Made by a program: the position numbers and the translations under genes. Below the pieces are notes generated by a model. It ran no database searches. It worked only from the letters and a program-made list of their open reading frames with translations, and was not told the DNA's origin. A stretch of DNA of 60,543 bases, the filler included, from Dirinaria sp. TL-2023a (lineage: Eukaryota), in assembly GCA_051941275.1 (NCBI GenBank). It is 10 parts of 10 records of this genome, joined end to end, with 100 filler letters (N's around TTAATTAATTAA, not from the genome) between each part and the next. Parts side by side here need not be neighbours in the genome. Positions count along the whole stretch, not along the records: positions 1 to 5,989 come from JAVEBF010001550.1; positions 6,090 to 12,077 come from JAVEBF010001551.1; positions 12,178 to 18,161 come from JAVEBF010001552.1; 7 more parts are not named here. The stretch is one strand, 5' to 3'. This document shows, piece after piece, positions 1-15,249 of this stretch. The number at the start of each line of letters is the position of its first letter. Positions within the stretch are counted from its first letter, which is position 1.

Positions 1-1609
1 CTCTGGTCCCTGTTCCCTGTCACTTTGCCTGCTACTTGTTGTTGGATGAACTTGACTAACCTCGACCGAAAACACCAGCTGGGTCGTCTATGGTCAGAAA
101 CCCAAGGGTCCCAAGAGTGGCGACGAGGATGAGTAGTAGCAATGGGCGTGTGGGGCATCAAATAACTCCGGTATGCTCGCGCATCAACTTGCGCAGACAT
201 GCCTGACGACGGGGCTTTGCAATACTCATTGATTCCAACCGTTTTGCCATGAGGTGCAGCTATGGAATATCCAGCATCATTTATTTGCCTTGCCCTGTTG
301 TGGTGGCAAGGCGAGGCTAGCAGGAGTACTGCTGAGTGTAAGGTAGTAAGGAGGTAGATAAATTCCTAGGCACAGGCTTTTTTTTTTTTAAGCGGACGAG
401 CTCCATGAAATTGTTACTCAAATCACAATTTGTTCAATCGGAAATTCTTATTATTTATCCTATAGTACCCATGGGGGAGGGGAAGAAAAAAAAGGCTGTA
501 TGTGCAGCACATGCAGCAGACCTCGACGCACGCACCACTGTCTCATGCTCGTTCCAGCCTAAGGTACCTGAGATCCAATACAACTCTCAAATTCACATGA
601 GAAAACCCCCATGTCCACGCTTTTCAAGAAGAACAAACAACTCAGACTTCTTACCGAGACCATGATCAATCGTGAACCAAGATCAGCCTCTTCTCTTTCA
701 CCCGATCATACTCAGCTTCCTCATCTTCATTAAATCCTGATATAGCTATACAGAGCCACAAGGGGCAGGGGATACGCGAGCTGCAGAATCATGACGGGTA
801 GATCATCTCAGTGCAGAGAGATGGGGGAAATCTGAGAGCGAGCAACGGTTGGTCGCCAACCCTAAATCAGCCCTGAAAAAATTGGTCCTTTTAAGGTACC
901 CAAGATATGTAAGGTAAGATAGAGTTTGTTTGTCGCTGTACATATCAAAGACTCAATTGCAGTCCGCACGTTTCATTCTCCTTTCAAAAAGTGTCTAGTG
1001 CCTACTCCATCAGCCAAGGTTGATGGAGAGATCGACTTGCCCTTTCAGCAGTCAACAGTCAACTTCCATTAGAGGAATGGTCCGGCTGCGGAGATGAGCG
1101 AGCCTCGGCTGTCTAGCACCGAGCTTTAGGTACCGCAGTGCTCGCAAACATACATGATGTCCTTCCTTACTCGGCGCTGTTTTGTCCAAGGTAGCGGTGG
1201 AAAAGCCGTGGAACCATCTGCGTATTGTACCTGCTGCGCGTTACCGTGCTAGATAGCGCTCCAGGATGAGGATCGGTGGCGCAAGCATCTTGATCTGATC
1301 TAGCTCCGACCGCAGGCCGTTTCGACGAGCAATGTGTTTGGCCCAGTGATGGTCGGGTAGGATGTTGGCCAGCTTCGATTTTGTTGTTACTTTCGTTCCT
1401 GGGTCATGCAAGATGGATTGCCCGAAACTTCATGAGCCCCGATCCCGTAGGATTCGTCTCCGAGCTGCAACATATCTTGCTCTGTCTGCTGTCTCGTATC
1501 CGTCGGGTCGGAGATCATCTTTTGGATGATATTTCTCACTTTAGTAGCTTCCTATCTAATTCCGGCTGCCAAGTACGTGCGAGAGTTGCACATTGTCTTT
1601 CATCTTTTG

Positions 1610-1617
1610 TTATAAAT
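1610..1617 (+). promoter_or_regulatory. Putative TATA box of the tripeptidyl-peptidase gene
   Basis: TTATAAAT about 100 nt upstream of the ATG at 1716; positional argument only. Confidence 0.35.
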
Positions 1618-1715
1618 GAAGATGGCCTGGCACGACAGCTCTCAGCTTCATTCCACCAGCAACGTGGTTTTGGGGAGTCTTGCTTGTTACGCTTTCAACC
1701 TTCAGTGTCTCGAAG

Positions 1716-3755
1716 ATGTTCCTGAGAAGCAACCTGGTGGCGGCGGCCCTCTGCTGCTGGCTCGGCGTTCCATCCTTGGCCGCCGTATTGGAGAAACTGC
1801 CTGCCCTCCCCCACGGCTGGACTCGCGTAGGGGCTCCTTCAAGCAAAAGCACGATTACCCTACAAATTGGCCTACAGGAGCAGAACCTCAACAAACTCGA
1901 GTCGCTCATCTACGCGGTATCCACGCCTGGGCACCCGTCGTACGGCAACCACATGGAAGGGGAGCAAGTTGCAGCTCTGCTCAAGCCGTCAGCTGATACA
2001 GAAAGCGAAGTCTTGGCTTGGCTCAAGCAAGCTGGTATTACTAAAGTTGATAGTGATGGGCATTGGGTTACATTTGCCGCCAATGTGGGGACTGCGAACG
2101 AGCTGCTCAAGACCGAATTCGCGTATTACGAAAACGCTGGGGTAACGAAGCTGCGTACTACCGAATACTCGGTCCCGGATAGTCTTGTCAAGCACATCGA
2201 TCTTATCTCACCAACCACATACTTCGGAAAGACTAGAGCCCAGGCTCCCACTAGACAAGGAGAATCGTCTCAATTGTCTCCCCGCCAGGCCGGCCAAGGA
2301 TGTGCTTCAACCATCACTCCAGACTGCTTGAAGCAAATATACGACATCAAGTACACACCAACTGGCAAGACCAATAGCACAATCGGATTTGGCAGCTTCC
2401 TGAACCAGTCCGCGCGCACACAGGATCTTCAACTCTTCGAAAAAAAGTATAACATTCCCGTGCAAAGCTTCTCAGTCGAGCTCATAAATGGCGCGACGAA
2501 TGACCAAAGCGTCAGTAACAATCATGGAGAAGCCAACCTCGATGTGCAGTACATTGCCGGTATCAGCCACCCTCTACCGATTGTTAGCTACATTACTGGA
2601 GGCTCTCCGTAAACACTCACAATGCCCCCTTTGCTGATTTGAGAACGCTGATTGAGGACAGTCCATTTGTGCCCAACCTTGATGAGCCAACCACCGCCGA
2701 TAATCAGAACGAGCCATACCTCGAGTACTACCAGCATCTTCTTGCCCTCCCGAACAGCAAGCTGCCTCAAGTTATCTCGAATTCATATGGCGATGATGAG
2801 CAGGTAAATAAGCCTTTGTAAGTGTATGTAGTACCTGCTAATAGAAACGTTCAGACTGTGCCACAAGCATATGCGACTCGGGTGTGCAACATGATTGGCC
2901 AATTGGGACTTCGGGGCGTCTCTGTACTAGAGTCTTCTGGGGATACAGGTGCGCACCGATGCACGCCGCCAGCACTTGCCACCATGATTTGCTAATAGTC
3001 CGCCGTAGGTGTTGGCGCTGCCTGCCAATCCAACGATGGAAAGAAAACTCCGCAGTTCACGCCTCAATTTCCGGGGACTTGTCCCTACATCACTGCTGTT
3101 GGCGGTACCCAATCGATCAGCCCCGAAGTGGCATGGGATGCTGGCTCTGGCGGATTCAGCAACTATTTCAGCCAGCCATCGTATCAGCAGTCTGCTGTTT
3201 CCAACTACCTCAAGAACGAGATCAGTCCCTCGGCACTTTCATACTACAAGACCTTCTTCAACAGCAGTGGCCGCGGCTTCCCTGACGTCTCCGCGCACAG
3301 TCTCAGCCCGGAGTAAGTGCATCGCATCGAATCTCGCTGCGGCTATAATAAAAGAGAGAGAGAGAGAGAGAGAGAGAGCGCAATGTTGACTAGTTTCCAG
3401 CTACTCGATCTATGATAACAATGCTGCCACCCTCACCGGCGGCACCTCGGCCGCCTGCCCTGTCTTCTCCTCCATCATCGCCCTCCTCAACGACGCCCGT
3501 ATCGCCAAAGGCCTCAAGCCCCTTGGATTCCTCAACCCGTGGCTGTACAGCGTCGGTGTCAAAGGTCTAACGGACATCACGCGCGGCGGCTCGGCAGGGT
3601 GTACGGGTGTGAATGCGCAGACCGGCCTCCCGGTCCAGGGAGGAAGCGTCATTCCTTACGCGAGTTGGAATGCCACCGTAGGCTGGGATCCCGTCACAGG
3701 ACTGGGGGTGCCGAATTTCGCGCGCTTGTTGAGCTTGGCAACGAATTCCCGGTGA
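1716..3755 (+). CDS. Secreted tripeptidyl-peptidase / sedolisin (S53), ~595 aa, 5 exons (1716-2608, 2662-2803, 2855-2948, 3009-3312, 3401-3755)
   Basis: Signal peptide [22 protein letters not shown]; activation prodomain (LPHGW...[13 protein letters not shown]); catalytic EANLD, ISNSYG, oxyanion [15 protein letters not shown], nucleophile GGTSA, Ca-binding GWDPVTGLG; four GT-AG introns keep the frame. Confidence 0.95.
3353..3378. repeat. (AG)n microsatellite in intron 4 of the S53 gene
   Basis: About 13 AG units seen directly. Confidence 0.9.
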
Positions 3756-5595
3756 GAGAAAATTTGAAGGCGGTTGGTGAATTCGGCGTATAGGTGAGAC
3801 GATGGTGTCGGAACGTGATGATCAGTACTTATGGGTTCTTTACCTCTAATATTGGAGTGACGGTATAGCCACCACCTCATTAATTCGAACATTATATCCT
3901 TAAGCTTCTCCTAGTCTATATATACCTAAAACGAACTAACATCAATACATCGTCCAAAAAGTCGAGTTTACGATGGCTTATATCTTTTTCTCGAGGCCTT
4001 CATTACATAAAAAAATCCCCCAACCTCAACTCAGATATCCTGCCCCAACTCCCCGGTCGTGAGCGATTCGATGGTAACTCCGTTAATTGCGGTGAGGGTC
4101 GTGCGCAACGAGATGAGAAATATTTCGAGGAATCTGTTCGGTTGATTTACTCTGCGGCCGCATCATCCTCTCCATTATCTACTTGCATCTATGCACTCCG
4201 TCCGACCTCTTGCTGCATCAGGGTCGAAGGGGTTTTATTTCCTGACCGAGGGCGACATTTAAGCAAAGGAGAGAGAGCGAAAAAAGCAAAAAAGCCAAAA
4301 AAAAAGAAAAAAAAAAAAGAATTTCGATTTCAAAAAGCAACGTGTTGTTGGAAAATCATCGCTCCATGCACCCACCTTACATACTTTAGTACTGGGTCAG
4401 GTCAGAAGTGGTCAGATACCAGATATTTGTGGTCTGTTGTTATTAGGGGGGCAAAGTTGTTCCAGTTAGTTATATAGGGGGTTCAAGGAGGCAGGCAGGC
4501 AGGCCCCCTGGAAAACCCATCATGGCGTTCATTGAATTTTAATATGTATACTGCATTACCAGGATAGCGGCCAGAGTCGGATAGGTAGGTAGACCGTGGA
4601 AATATTCGAGATATTATGGGGGGGGAAAAGGAAGATGGCTTGGCAATGCTACTACCTACCTCGTGGTAGATATGGAGATGTTGAGAAGATTACGGATAAG
4701 ATAAACATGAGAAGATCTTCTTAGATAGAAGCTTGATGTTTCAGTGAGGATTACCATTATTACGCGAGTAGATGTGGATTTGGCGTGATCGAACCTAGAT
4801 CAGTGTGGAGGGTGACATGCCAGCCTCCCAAGCAGAGGTAGATGAGTTGGTGAGGTGTGTGCGAGTAGGTGGCGCTGGTGATTTGTGTGATCATCTCAGT
4901 CGTAGTTGATGTCCTGCCTTTAAAACGATGTGTCCTTACCGTATCATATCATATCACATGAGCTAAGGCAAGGTAGCTAAGCGAGCCAAGGTACCCGAGA
5001 TCCCTCCCCCACAAAAAGCACAAATGTACCTGCACACACAATACATACACTATACTTCTTTCATCATCCCATTATCCCCTAAACGTTCTCGACCTCCCCC
5101 CAAACCCGCCCCATCGATCCCAAAACAAACCCCGATACCCAAAAAGCAATCCATCCATCGATCCCATCCAAATCATTCCCAACCAATGAACACCACGCCA
5201 TGTCCCCTTTTGGTAGGGCCGAATCTACCTTAGTATATCACCTCATCAGCCCATCAGGGCCGAAGACAATGATGACGTCTCCCCTTCGCCGGAGATTAGA
5301 ATCACCTCATAAAAAGAAACGAAAGCGAGTTACGCCTCCTGTACTGTAGCTCGAACAGAGCGAAAGCAAAATGGACAGAAAAAGGAAAACCTTCCGCGAA
5401 CTATGAGGCTAAGGGGGGCCATCCCCCATTTCTAAAAGATTAAAAACCCTCTTCTTCTCCCTCCTCTTCTTTCTTACTTTCTCTCCCGAAAATTTTTTGG
5501 CTCTCTCCCATTTTTCTATACAGTTTTCTCAATCTCTTCGTACGGGTACCAAGTGAACAAACAAAAAATCAAACCCACCTTAAAAAAAAGAAAAA

Positions 5596-5989
5596 ATGCG
5601 CCCCTCCGCCATCCTCCTCACCCTTCTCTCAGCCCTCCCTCTAACTCTCGCTCTCGACTCCAACAACTACAATCCCAATGCAGGAGCCCTAAACGTATTT
5701 CCCCCTTCCCATTCCCCTCCCTAACCACCGCTCACCTCCTCTCCCCTAGCTCCTCGAACCCCGCCAACAAAACAGCACCACCTCCCGCGCCAGCAGCGCC
5801 TCCGGAGTCTCAACCTCCCTCACGTCTTCCTCCTCCGGCTCCTCCACGCGCCCCACAACCTCCACCACCGGCGCGGGGGGCTCAACCATGCCCTCCTCCA
5901 TGGCCACCGGCTCCGGCACTGCAATGGCGGGTGGTGGGTCGACCACGAGCAGTAGGGCGACCACGGGGTCGTCGTCGAGCACGTCCTCG
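5596..5989 (+). CDS. Secreted Ser/Thr/Gly-rich (mucin-like, cell-wall type) protein, 5' part; exons 5596-5694 and 5750->5989, cut by the contig end
   Basis: MRPSAILLTLLSALPLTLALDSNNYNPNAGALN | intron GTATTT..CTAAC..CCCTAG (5695-5749) | LLEPRQQNSTTSRASSASGVSTSLTSSSSGSSTRPTTSTTG...; signal peptide followed by an S/T-rich stretch; not in the ORF track. Confidence 0.8.
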
Positions 5990-6089
5990 NNNNNNNNNNN
6001 NNNNNNNNNNNNNNNNNNNNNNNNNNNNNNNNNTTAATTAATTAANNNNNNNNNNNNNNNNNNNNNNNNNNNNNNNNNNNNNNNNNNNN
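5990..6089. other. Artificial contig linker
   Basis: N44-TTAATTAATTAA-N44, with stops in all six frames. Confidence 0.99.
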
Positions 6090-8101
6090 CTGATGCATGC
6101 AGTGCGGAGGAGGCTCCGTCATAAGACGGAGCTCAGTCCAGCGCCAGAGTGTATCGTGTAGGTCACTACAATTGAGCTTTGGCGAGCACAGCCGCATCCT
6201 AGGTAGCATGGCCCCATGTCTGGGTAATAATCTTGGGTCGTCTCTCAGGCCACGTTCGATTGACCAAATTAGTGGCATTAACCGCGCTAGTTAAGAGCCA
6301 CATAGCGTGGTCCTCCGTACCTTATGGTACTTCGTAAAACATCCCCTTAGAGATTTCATGGTTTCCTTTTCCCATTCCTTTTCTGTAGAGGGCTGATTTC
6401 TGCTCAACAATCATAAGGTAGATCGGAGAAGCAACAGGTACAGCGTATTGAACAGGAACACTCCATCATTCTTCCTTTTGTCCTTTCTGCCACCCACCAG
6501 AGATTCAAGCATGCTTACGTCTTCACTTCATTTGTCCGCTAATGGTAAAGGTGGTTTGCTCCCTGTCATTCATGTGCCGGGTTCCCGTATACGGGGATTT
6601 CTGGAATCAGTGCTCTATAGCGCACAAAGATAAAGGAAGCCACTAGACGTGCACCACTCTGCTTCTCTCGCACACCACCTTCATTTGCTCGCACACCACC
6701 TCTCGTTCTGATACTGCGCAATTGGCTTCTCACTGCCTAGTTGGTGCTGTTGTAAGAAGTATATTTAGTCGTTTCTTAAGTACAGCGTCGATAACAGTGA
6801 CATCGATCATTCGCGGTACTTATCAAGTTTTGACTAGAGTGTTATGACCTTGACCCTGGTTAGATAGGGTTATCATGACCCCAGCCTTGATTTTTGTCAA
6901 AGAACCTGACGGAATCAAGTCAGCCACTTGGTACTACCAGAGCGAAGTCTTTCGCTGAAGTCTTGACATGATTTTGGAATTTTGCCACGGTGTTAGAAGT
7001 TCTTTAGAAGCCTCGAAATTGTGCTTTCGACTCTGTCAAGATCGCGAAGCCGGCTATACGTTCTTGACATAAGAGGTGGTGTGCCAAAGAAGTAGCTTGG
7101 CGAATGCCTAGTGACTCCTAAGATAAAACGATTTTCGCATCGGTATATGCGAAACATAGATCTTGCAGGTGTGGAGTAGGAGATTGGCGATCAAACAACC
7201 AGGGAATGCGAGGTACATCAACGCATTATTGCATCGGCGGCTGCTGGGTCGATCAACACATCAGCGATAAGTGTTGCAGTCGCGACAATGATCGGATGGT
7301 CGCTGCGGACAACTAAAAAGGTAATTATCTTGTCGCTGGAGCAGTATGTCGAAACGAAGCAGGCCACGTGCTATCAAGACCTATGAAGGCATACAGCAGC
7401 TCCACATATCCCCTGTCTTCCTCTGTAGTATCACGATTCTTATGCACTAGACGGACTTTGCACGATGTAGTCTGCATGATCGTCCTCGACCAGTCTCTCA
7501 TACGTCAAGAGACCATTCAGGCCTGGACTTTGAGAAATAGAGTCCAGCTCAAGCACTAGCTTAGTCTTTGATAGACCGAAGCCGTCTCCTCGGTTCGCTG
7601 GAGCCGTCTCTTCGATTGAGCTCCTTGATCTATGCATGTCCTGATACTTTCATGCGATAAAGTGGCCGATCTCGAGTCCTGGTCACCCAAGTAGTCCAGT
7701 AAAAATGGCGGAAGTCTTCGGAAGGGGGTCCTCTAGGGCAGGCATTTGGGCCCATTCCAACTAAGACACGATCATGCTGAGATTGACTGGTTCTGGTGAG
7801 TCCTAGTCAGGGCTTGATTAAGCAAGTCTCCTTGCTTCCTTGGGGATAGGGAGATCTCTCCAGAAGGGGGGATGATATCATGCCCCAAGCCCAACCATTG
7901 AGTTCACCGTACTAGTGGGAGACGCAGCTTGCAGAGTGTGTGGCTCCAAACCACTGTGTTCAACAGAATAAGAAGCCATGGAAGTACGGATCAGAGATGA
8001 GGATTCATACAACCCCTTCTCCAATCTTGCCTTGTATCTTATCCCACATCCCAAGGTCCTAACGCTTCATTCTATTCTAATCAGACTCAATCAAGTCATA
8101 G

Positions 8102-10138
<2,037 letters not shown>

Positions 10139-11830
10139 ATGATGACAAAGTGATGAGACGAGGTAACGGCTGTTGATTCTTGGGTCGCTCATTCGTTAAT
10201 AACATCTGGAGGCGGATTCTGTCTAGCATACAATCGCGATAATTTTTCGTCTTCCAGCAGGCGGCATAGTGTAGGATAGCTTCGTTGTGCTTTCAACACA
10301 GCACAATAGGTCAACAATTGATGCCGTGTATACTAAAATAAAATAATCGAAATCTGCTCTTCAAGACCAAGTGCACCAGACATAAAGACGTGTGTGTTCC
10401 TGCCGTTGTAGAAGCTGATCCTGCCTTTGAAGCGACCATTGAAGTGGAACACCACGAGAAGGTCTGAGACCTCGAGCGGCAGCTAAGTTCATGTTTAACC
10501 AATATGTCATCTGTGACTTGGGACTCTTGACAGCTGCGACCATCTGCATCGAGCAGCAGCCCCCAGCTTCAATGCTTCGAGCTCCAGAACGGTCTATGGG
10601 ATATTAGTGCAATAGCCAATAGGGCTAGCTATTCCCTGTGAGTAAATACGTGGGAGAAATCATGATCTACGCTGCTTGCTCTTGCAGGATTTCTTGATGC
10701 AAATATGGTCTCGAACGTGTACGCATAATCTCAGGTAGTTGCATGAATGGTTGAATCATTGCCAGTGATAGATGAATTTATTTGCGAGAAAACGCGATGC
10801 TACTTTTAGCATTCCAGAAATCCGCTAATTAGTCAGCTTCTCCCAGCTAGTTCCTCCTATTGGCTGAAAACCCCCATCGCCCAAAATTTTGTAGACGCGT
10901 GATGTTCGACAGGATGCTTTCCTACCATTTAATACCTTACCATCCCAATATCTCCGATCACTCCTCAATTGCTAGATTAAGCTACCTCTCGCTCATGGTG
11001 AGACATGAACAGTTTTTTGAGGGGGAAAGCTGTAGTGGAACGGTCTGAATGTAATCTCCCGCGAAGGCTCACTAAAGTGTAAGGATACAGGATGGGTGAA
11101 GATAACTTGTGGTGGTGATGTTGGGCTTCAAAGTTGCGACGGTAAACATCACAAGTCTCTATACTGGCAATGAGGAGAAGAAAGGAAGCCTTGGCCGCTG
11201 ATTACTGATGCGTTGTCAGCCGGTGATAAAGTCTACAGTATGTATGAGCGCATCGCCACTCTCGATCGAATAATGTGCGTGTAGGCGGGTCTTTGTGTGG
11301 AAGCATAGGCGCGATGTTCTGGCTAATTTGCATTTGTTCTTGCCTTTGCGGATCTACATGTTGTTTGGAGCATAGATATGTTGGTCATCAAGACCCTAGC
11401 AGTATAGCTGGGACGTGAGGACCGAGCCATTGGCTGGTCGATTGCAAAGCTGGCTACTTTATCAGCCTGCTGAAGGTTGAATGTCCATGACTTCGAGACA
11501 TGCAACCTTACATCATCTGCAGGTTAGTACTTGCTTCGAAGAGGTTCTTCGTCATGCAGATTGGCTTGTTCCAACTTCGGTTGCAGCTTGTTCGCAATAA
11601 GGTATGTTATTCAACAGCTTACACAGGTCATGGTCCTTGGTATCTAGCCGTGCGCTGGGAAATTCTTCGAATGCTCCATTGATTCCTATTCCACTAAAGC
11701 AAAGCAAAGCTACATGAGGGCGAGCCTCTGCAAAATCTAGTCCCGCCCATTGCAATGGCATCTGTAAAAACTGCCAGGACCTCGAGGTTGTATCTCGGAC
11801 CCTGAAATAATCCGTCGAGCACCCCTATCG

Positions 11831-12077
11831 TTAACGACATGGAGGCATCCCCCATCTGTCCGCCACGCATTCCTCCGCTGTCAACAACTTCCGGAGCTCG
11901 GCCTCGAACTTCTCTTGCAGCTCTTCCTTTTCTATCTGCTTCCCCGCCTTCTCATAGATCTCTTTCAAATACTCACACTGCGTGTCGCCAAGCTTGACGA
12001 TCTCAACGGCCGCATCTGGTTGTCCCTTCGCCCGACCCACAGCTTCAAGCAATTGATGTGCATCGTCGTAGAACTCC
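11831..12077 (-). CDS. 3' end of an unidentified gene, cut by the linker
   Basis: Open frame from the contig edge: EFYDDAHQLLEAVGRAKG...EKFEAELRKLL...WGMPPCR*; protein-like helical composition, no family recognised. Confidence 0.5.
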
Positions 12078-12177
12078 NNNNNNNNNNNNNNNNNNNNNNN
12101 NNNNNNNNNNNNNNNNNNNNNTTAATTAATTAANNNNNNNNNNNNNNNNNNNNNNNNNNNNNNNNNNNNNNNNNNNN
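12078..12177. other. Artificial contig linker
   Basis: N44-TTAATTAATTAA-N44. Confidence 0.99.
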
Positions 12178-12640
12178 TACGCTAGGCCATCCCTACTCGC
12201 TTTGGGGTCATTCTACATTTGGAATCACCAAGAACCGACTTCGTGTCAGACCCTAACTTCAAATTTAACATCAACCTCCTAAGAAACCTGAAAAGAAAGC
12301 AGCCGCTTCTACAAAGTAAAATCATCCGATAAGTTCACAATCAATCTACGTAGCCATCTACGCTGTTCTAGCATCACACCCTCAATCTACGAAAGGGATC
12401 GGCTCAATTTTGACAGAAAAGTATCGTAAAAGCCGCAGAGATTCAGACACAGACCGACGGCGTGGAGAATTCAATTTACCCCCCTAGAAAACACGCAATT
12501 TGTGATGATTTCGAACATTTACCTGAATGACAAATTCGGCCTTTTCTCCGGAGTAAACCCACATAGTATTATTCTCCTTCTCACCTACTTATAATGCCTC
12601 CGAAGAGGCAAAAGGTCCACAAAAGTGCAGCCTCTGCCAG

Positions 12641-13102
12641 CTACTCATGCTGCTCCTCTCCCTCGTTCGGCGGCTTGAACCACCCCACCTTCTCCACCTC
12701 CACCTCCAACTGCTTCCCACCCTCCTCCAAATCCAGGAACACAGGCCCACCTTTACTGTCCACCTCCGGGGGAACAAAATACCAGCCGTCATCTCTCCAT
12801 TCTTCACTGACTGACTTCTCAGCGGTGGCGGTAGCAACCCAGCGCGGATCCTTGGGCTTGTCGAAGGGCTTGACGAAGGGAGGATCGGCTGCAAAAGTCA
12901 TGTCGTAGATGAATTTTGTGGGAGGTGCAGCCTTGGTATTGAGCTTGTTTGAGCTCGTGGTGGATGGAACGTCAGGAGCTTGCTTTGGGATTGAGTAGAA
13001 CAGCGAGGCCATGGTTTTGGGCGCTTCTACTGTATATTGTTCGTGGGGCTGCTGTGCAGCTGCAGGGGATGGGGAGGAGCTCTGAGGGTTTGGAGCGGAC
13101 AT
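12641..13102 (-). CDS. Hypothetical protein, 153 aa
   Basis: ATG in AAAATG context; disordered N-terminus then an aromatic-rich segment (PRWVAT...EEWRDDGWYFVPP...VGWFKPP); no family recognised. Confidence 0.6.
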   Translation of the reverse strand: MSAPNPQSSSPSPAAAQQPHEQYTVEAPKTMASLFYSIPKQAPDVPSTTSSNKLNTKAAPPTKFIYDMTFAADPPFVKPFDKPKDPRWVATATAEKSVSEEWRDDGWYFVPPEVDSKGGPVFLDLEEGGKQLEVEVEKVGWFKPPNEGEEQHE

Positions 13103-13463
13103 TTTCGAGCGTGTATGTGAGTATGATGTGGTTTTAAGAATGGAGATGTGCCTGGATTGTGCAAAGTAGGTTTTGATTTGTGCTGTGGAAAATTGTTTGT
13201 CGGTCGAAAGAGGGGTTGAAGAGGAAGATGGGTTGAATGGGAAGATGGGTCAAAGAGGAAAATGGGTTAAAAGAGAAATGAGATTTATCAAAGCCAATGA
13301 ACCACCAAGACTAGGGATTGGCACAGTTTTTGAGACTTTGACCACTAACGGCGACTGACGACTGACAGCAACTGAGAATAATAAAGAAATTTATGACTGC
13401 TATTGACTCGATATCATGTCATGACTATGTATAGTTATGTAAAAGCAGAATTGTTCATTAACT

Positions 13464-15249
13464 CTACTTCAAAACTGAAGGAGCGCTAGTTCCAGAGAAA
13501 TTTCCAGGAAGAGTTGTATAATCACCTATCTGTGTCAAGCTTTCAATCCTTCCCAAGAGGAACTCCAATTGCCTGTAGCCGGAGCCCGGCGAATATTGAG
13601 GAATTTCTGTTCACAGGGGTTATCTTCACATCCTCCTCCGATGAATGAAGCCATGGCACTTACCATGGCCGGAAAGGTGAACAGTCACAAAAGTCAGACC
13701 CCGCTCTGTATGAGTCGTGCCCAAATATCCGGCGCCGGCATCCTGTACGAAAGGAGCCTCAGCCGTTCCGTAGCCAAGCTGCTGCAGTCCACCGTGATAA
13801 GGGACAAAAAACTGGTCGGAGGGCGCAGTTTGGAAGCCTTGGGCGCCATTCCACTATCAAAGTATCAGTTGGAGGCTTTAGCCGTAAGGAAAGAATTAGA
13901 TTTACAGTCATGTTCTGGATCGTAGCAAGACTTCCATTTGCAAAGAGAAGGAAGTCCAAGAGGCCATGCCCAATGATGGTATTGTTGGTCCTTTCAATGA
14001 CTGATGGCAAAGGCCCCAGCGCACTCGGAAGCGATCCATCGGGCCTGAGGAATTCGTATTCACCACAAACCATGTAGTTGGTTGGTGGTGCATGAATAGC
14101 CGCTTGGACATCGCTACCATTGAAGTAATCATTCGGGCCAGTCCCGAGGGAGGGAAAGCCCATCTCATCCCAAAGATAAGGACAAAAGTCCGTGAGGTGA
14201 TAAAAGTTGAAGCAAGGATTTACGTAGTACGCTGCAGCAACAATGTCGTCCCAGACGTCGCACCCCGGTGCAGACGAGTTAGGAGCATTGGGAAGCTTGC
14301 CTGTCGGAGGAAAGACGAGAGCATTATTCATGAATTCGGTATAGCCGCAAGAATCAGCGCGCTTGTTGATGTCGGTCATAAATGTTTCATTGAGATTGAA
14401 TACGTTAGACCAGTAGTTCAATGCCATGACCGATGGAGCTTCTAGAATCGTGTCTTGCTCGTTAATGGATGGATCATTGATTTGGACTCCTCTCACGTTG
14501 TAGTAGGTCGTGTCGTTCCGATTCAGCATGTTGTCAGCAATATACGGAATGTACTGGCCAGCATAGCTCTCTCCTGTGAGATAGACCTTTCGCCCTTGCA
14601 GGTCGAACGTGGTCACGAAATTCTTCCAGAAATCGTTGAATTGATTGGCAACATCCACTTCATCCTTCACGGATGGGGGCCCAGGTGAAAACCCTGTGCC
14701 TGCAGGTTGGTCAACCCAAACCATGTTGGTGAGATTGACCCATGAGTATGGGTTTTTGATCGGAGCATATGTTCCAGACTGCCATGATATTGGTCCATTT
14801 TCCTGCAGAAAGCCGTCTAGCGAACTACAACCAGGGCCGCCATTGAGCCATATAGTGATTTCGTCGGACGCGGCTGGATTTGAGGAAGGCCAAAACCAGA
14901 ACCACAGGCTTGAATTGCCGTGAGGACCATTTGGCAGTAGTCCAGCGTAGGATTCCCCTGCGTCAAACGTGACATTCGGTATCGTAGACCCGTCAACCGC
15001 GTATTCTGAAGCACTATCAGCCTTTCTACTTTTGACTGTTTCGAAAGATAAATCCCATCATCCAAGCGTACTTGAAGTCTTGTTATTTAAATAGCTTGGC
15101 GCTTGCCTGGAGGTCAAGGGCATGCTTCTACGATTGAGGCTCGCTGGCTTGGGCCTCTTTTTTACGGCGTTTCGTGCTTTTGCATGTGGACTTGATAAGG
15201 CAGTAACAGAAGTGCTGAATAGCAAAGCGAGAGTGATCGGGGCGCGCAT
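13464..15249 (-). CDS. cpdS: Secreted serine carboxypeptidase (S10), CpdS/PepF-like, ~536 aa, 4 exons (15249-15072, 15005-13906, 13853-13664, 13606-13464)
   Basis: Signal peptide [37 protein letters not shown]; catalytic [33 protein letters not shown]; alternative in-frame ATG at 15258. Confidence 0.95.

Noticed and set aside
5553..6041. Pro-rich 162-aa ORF and antisense Val/Glu-rich ORF
   Set aside because: Alternative frames of the spliced Ser/Thr-rich secreted gene
6780..7170. Possible RIP-degraded ORF on the minus strand upstream of the halogenase
   Set aside because: Stop density about that of random sequence, and no recognisable motif
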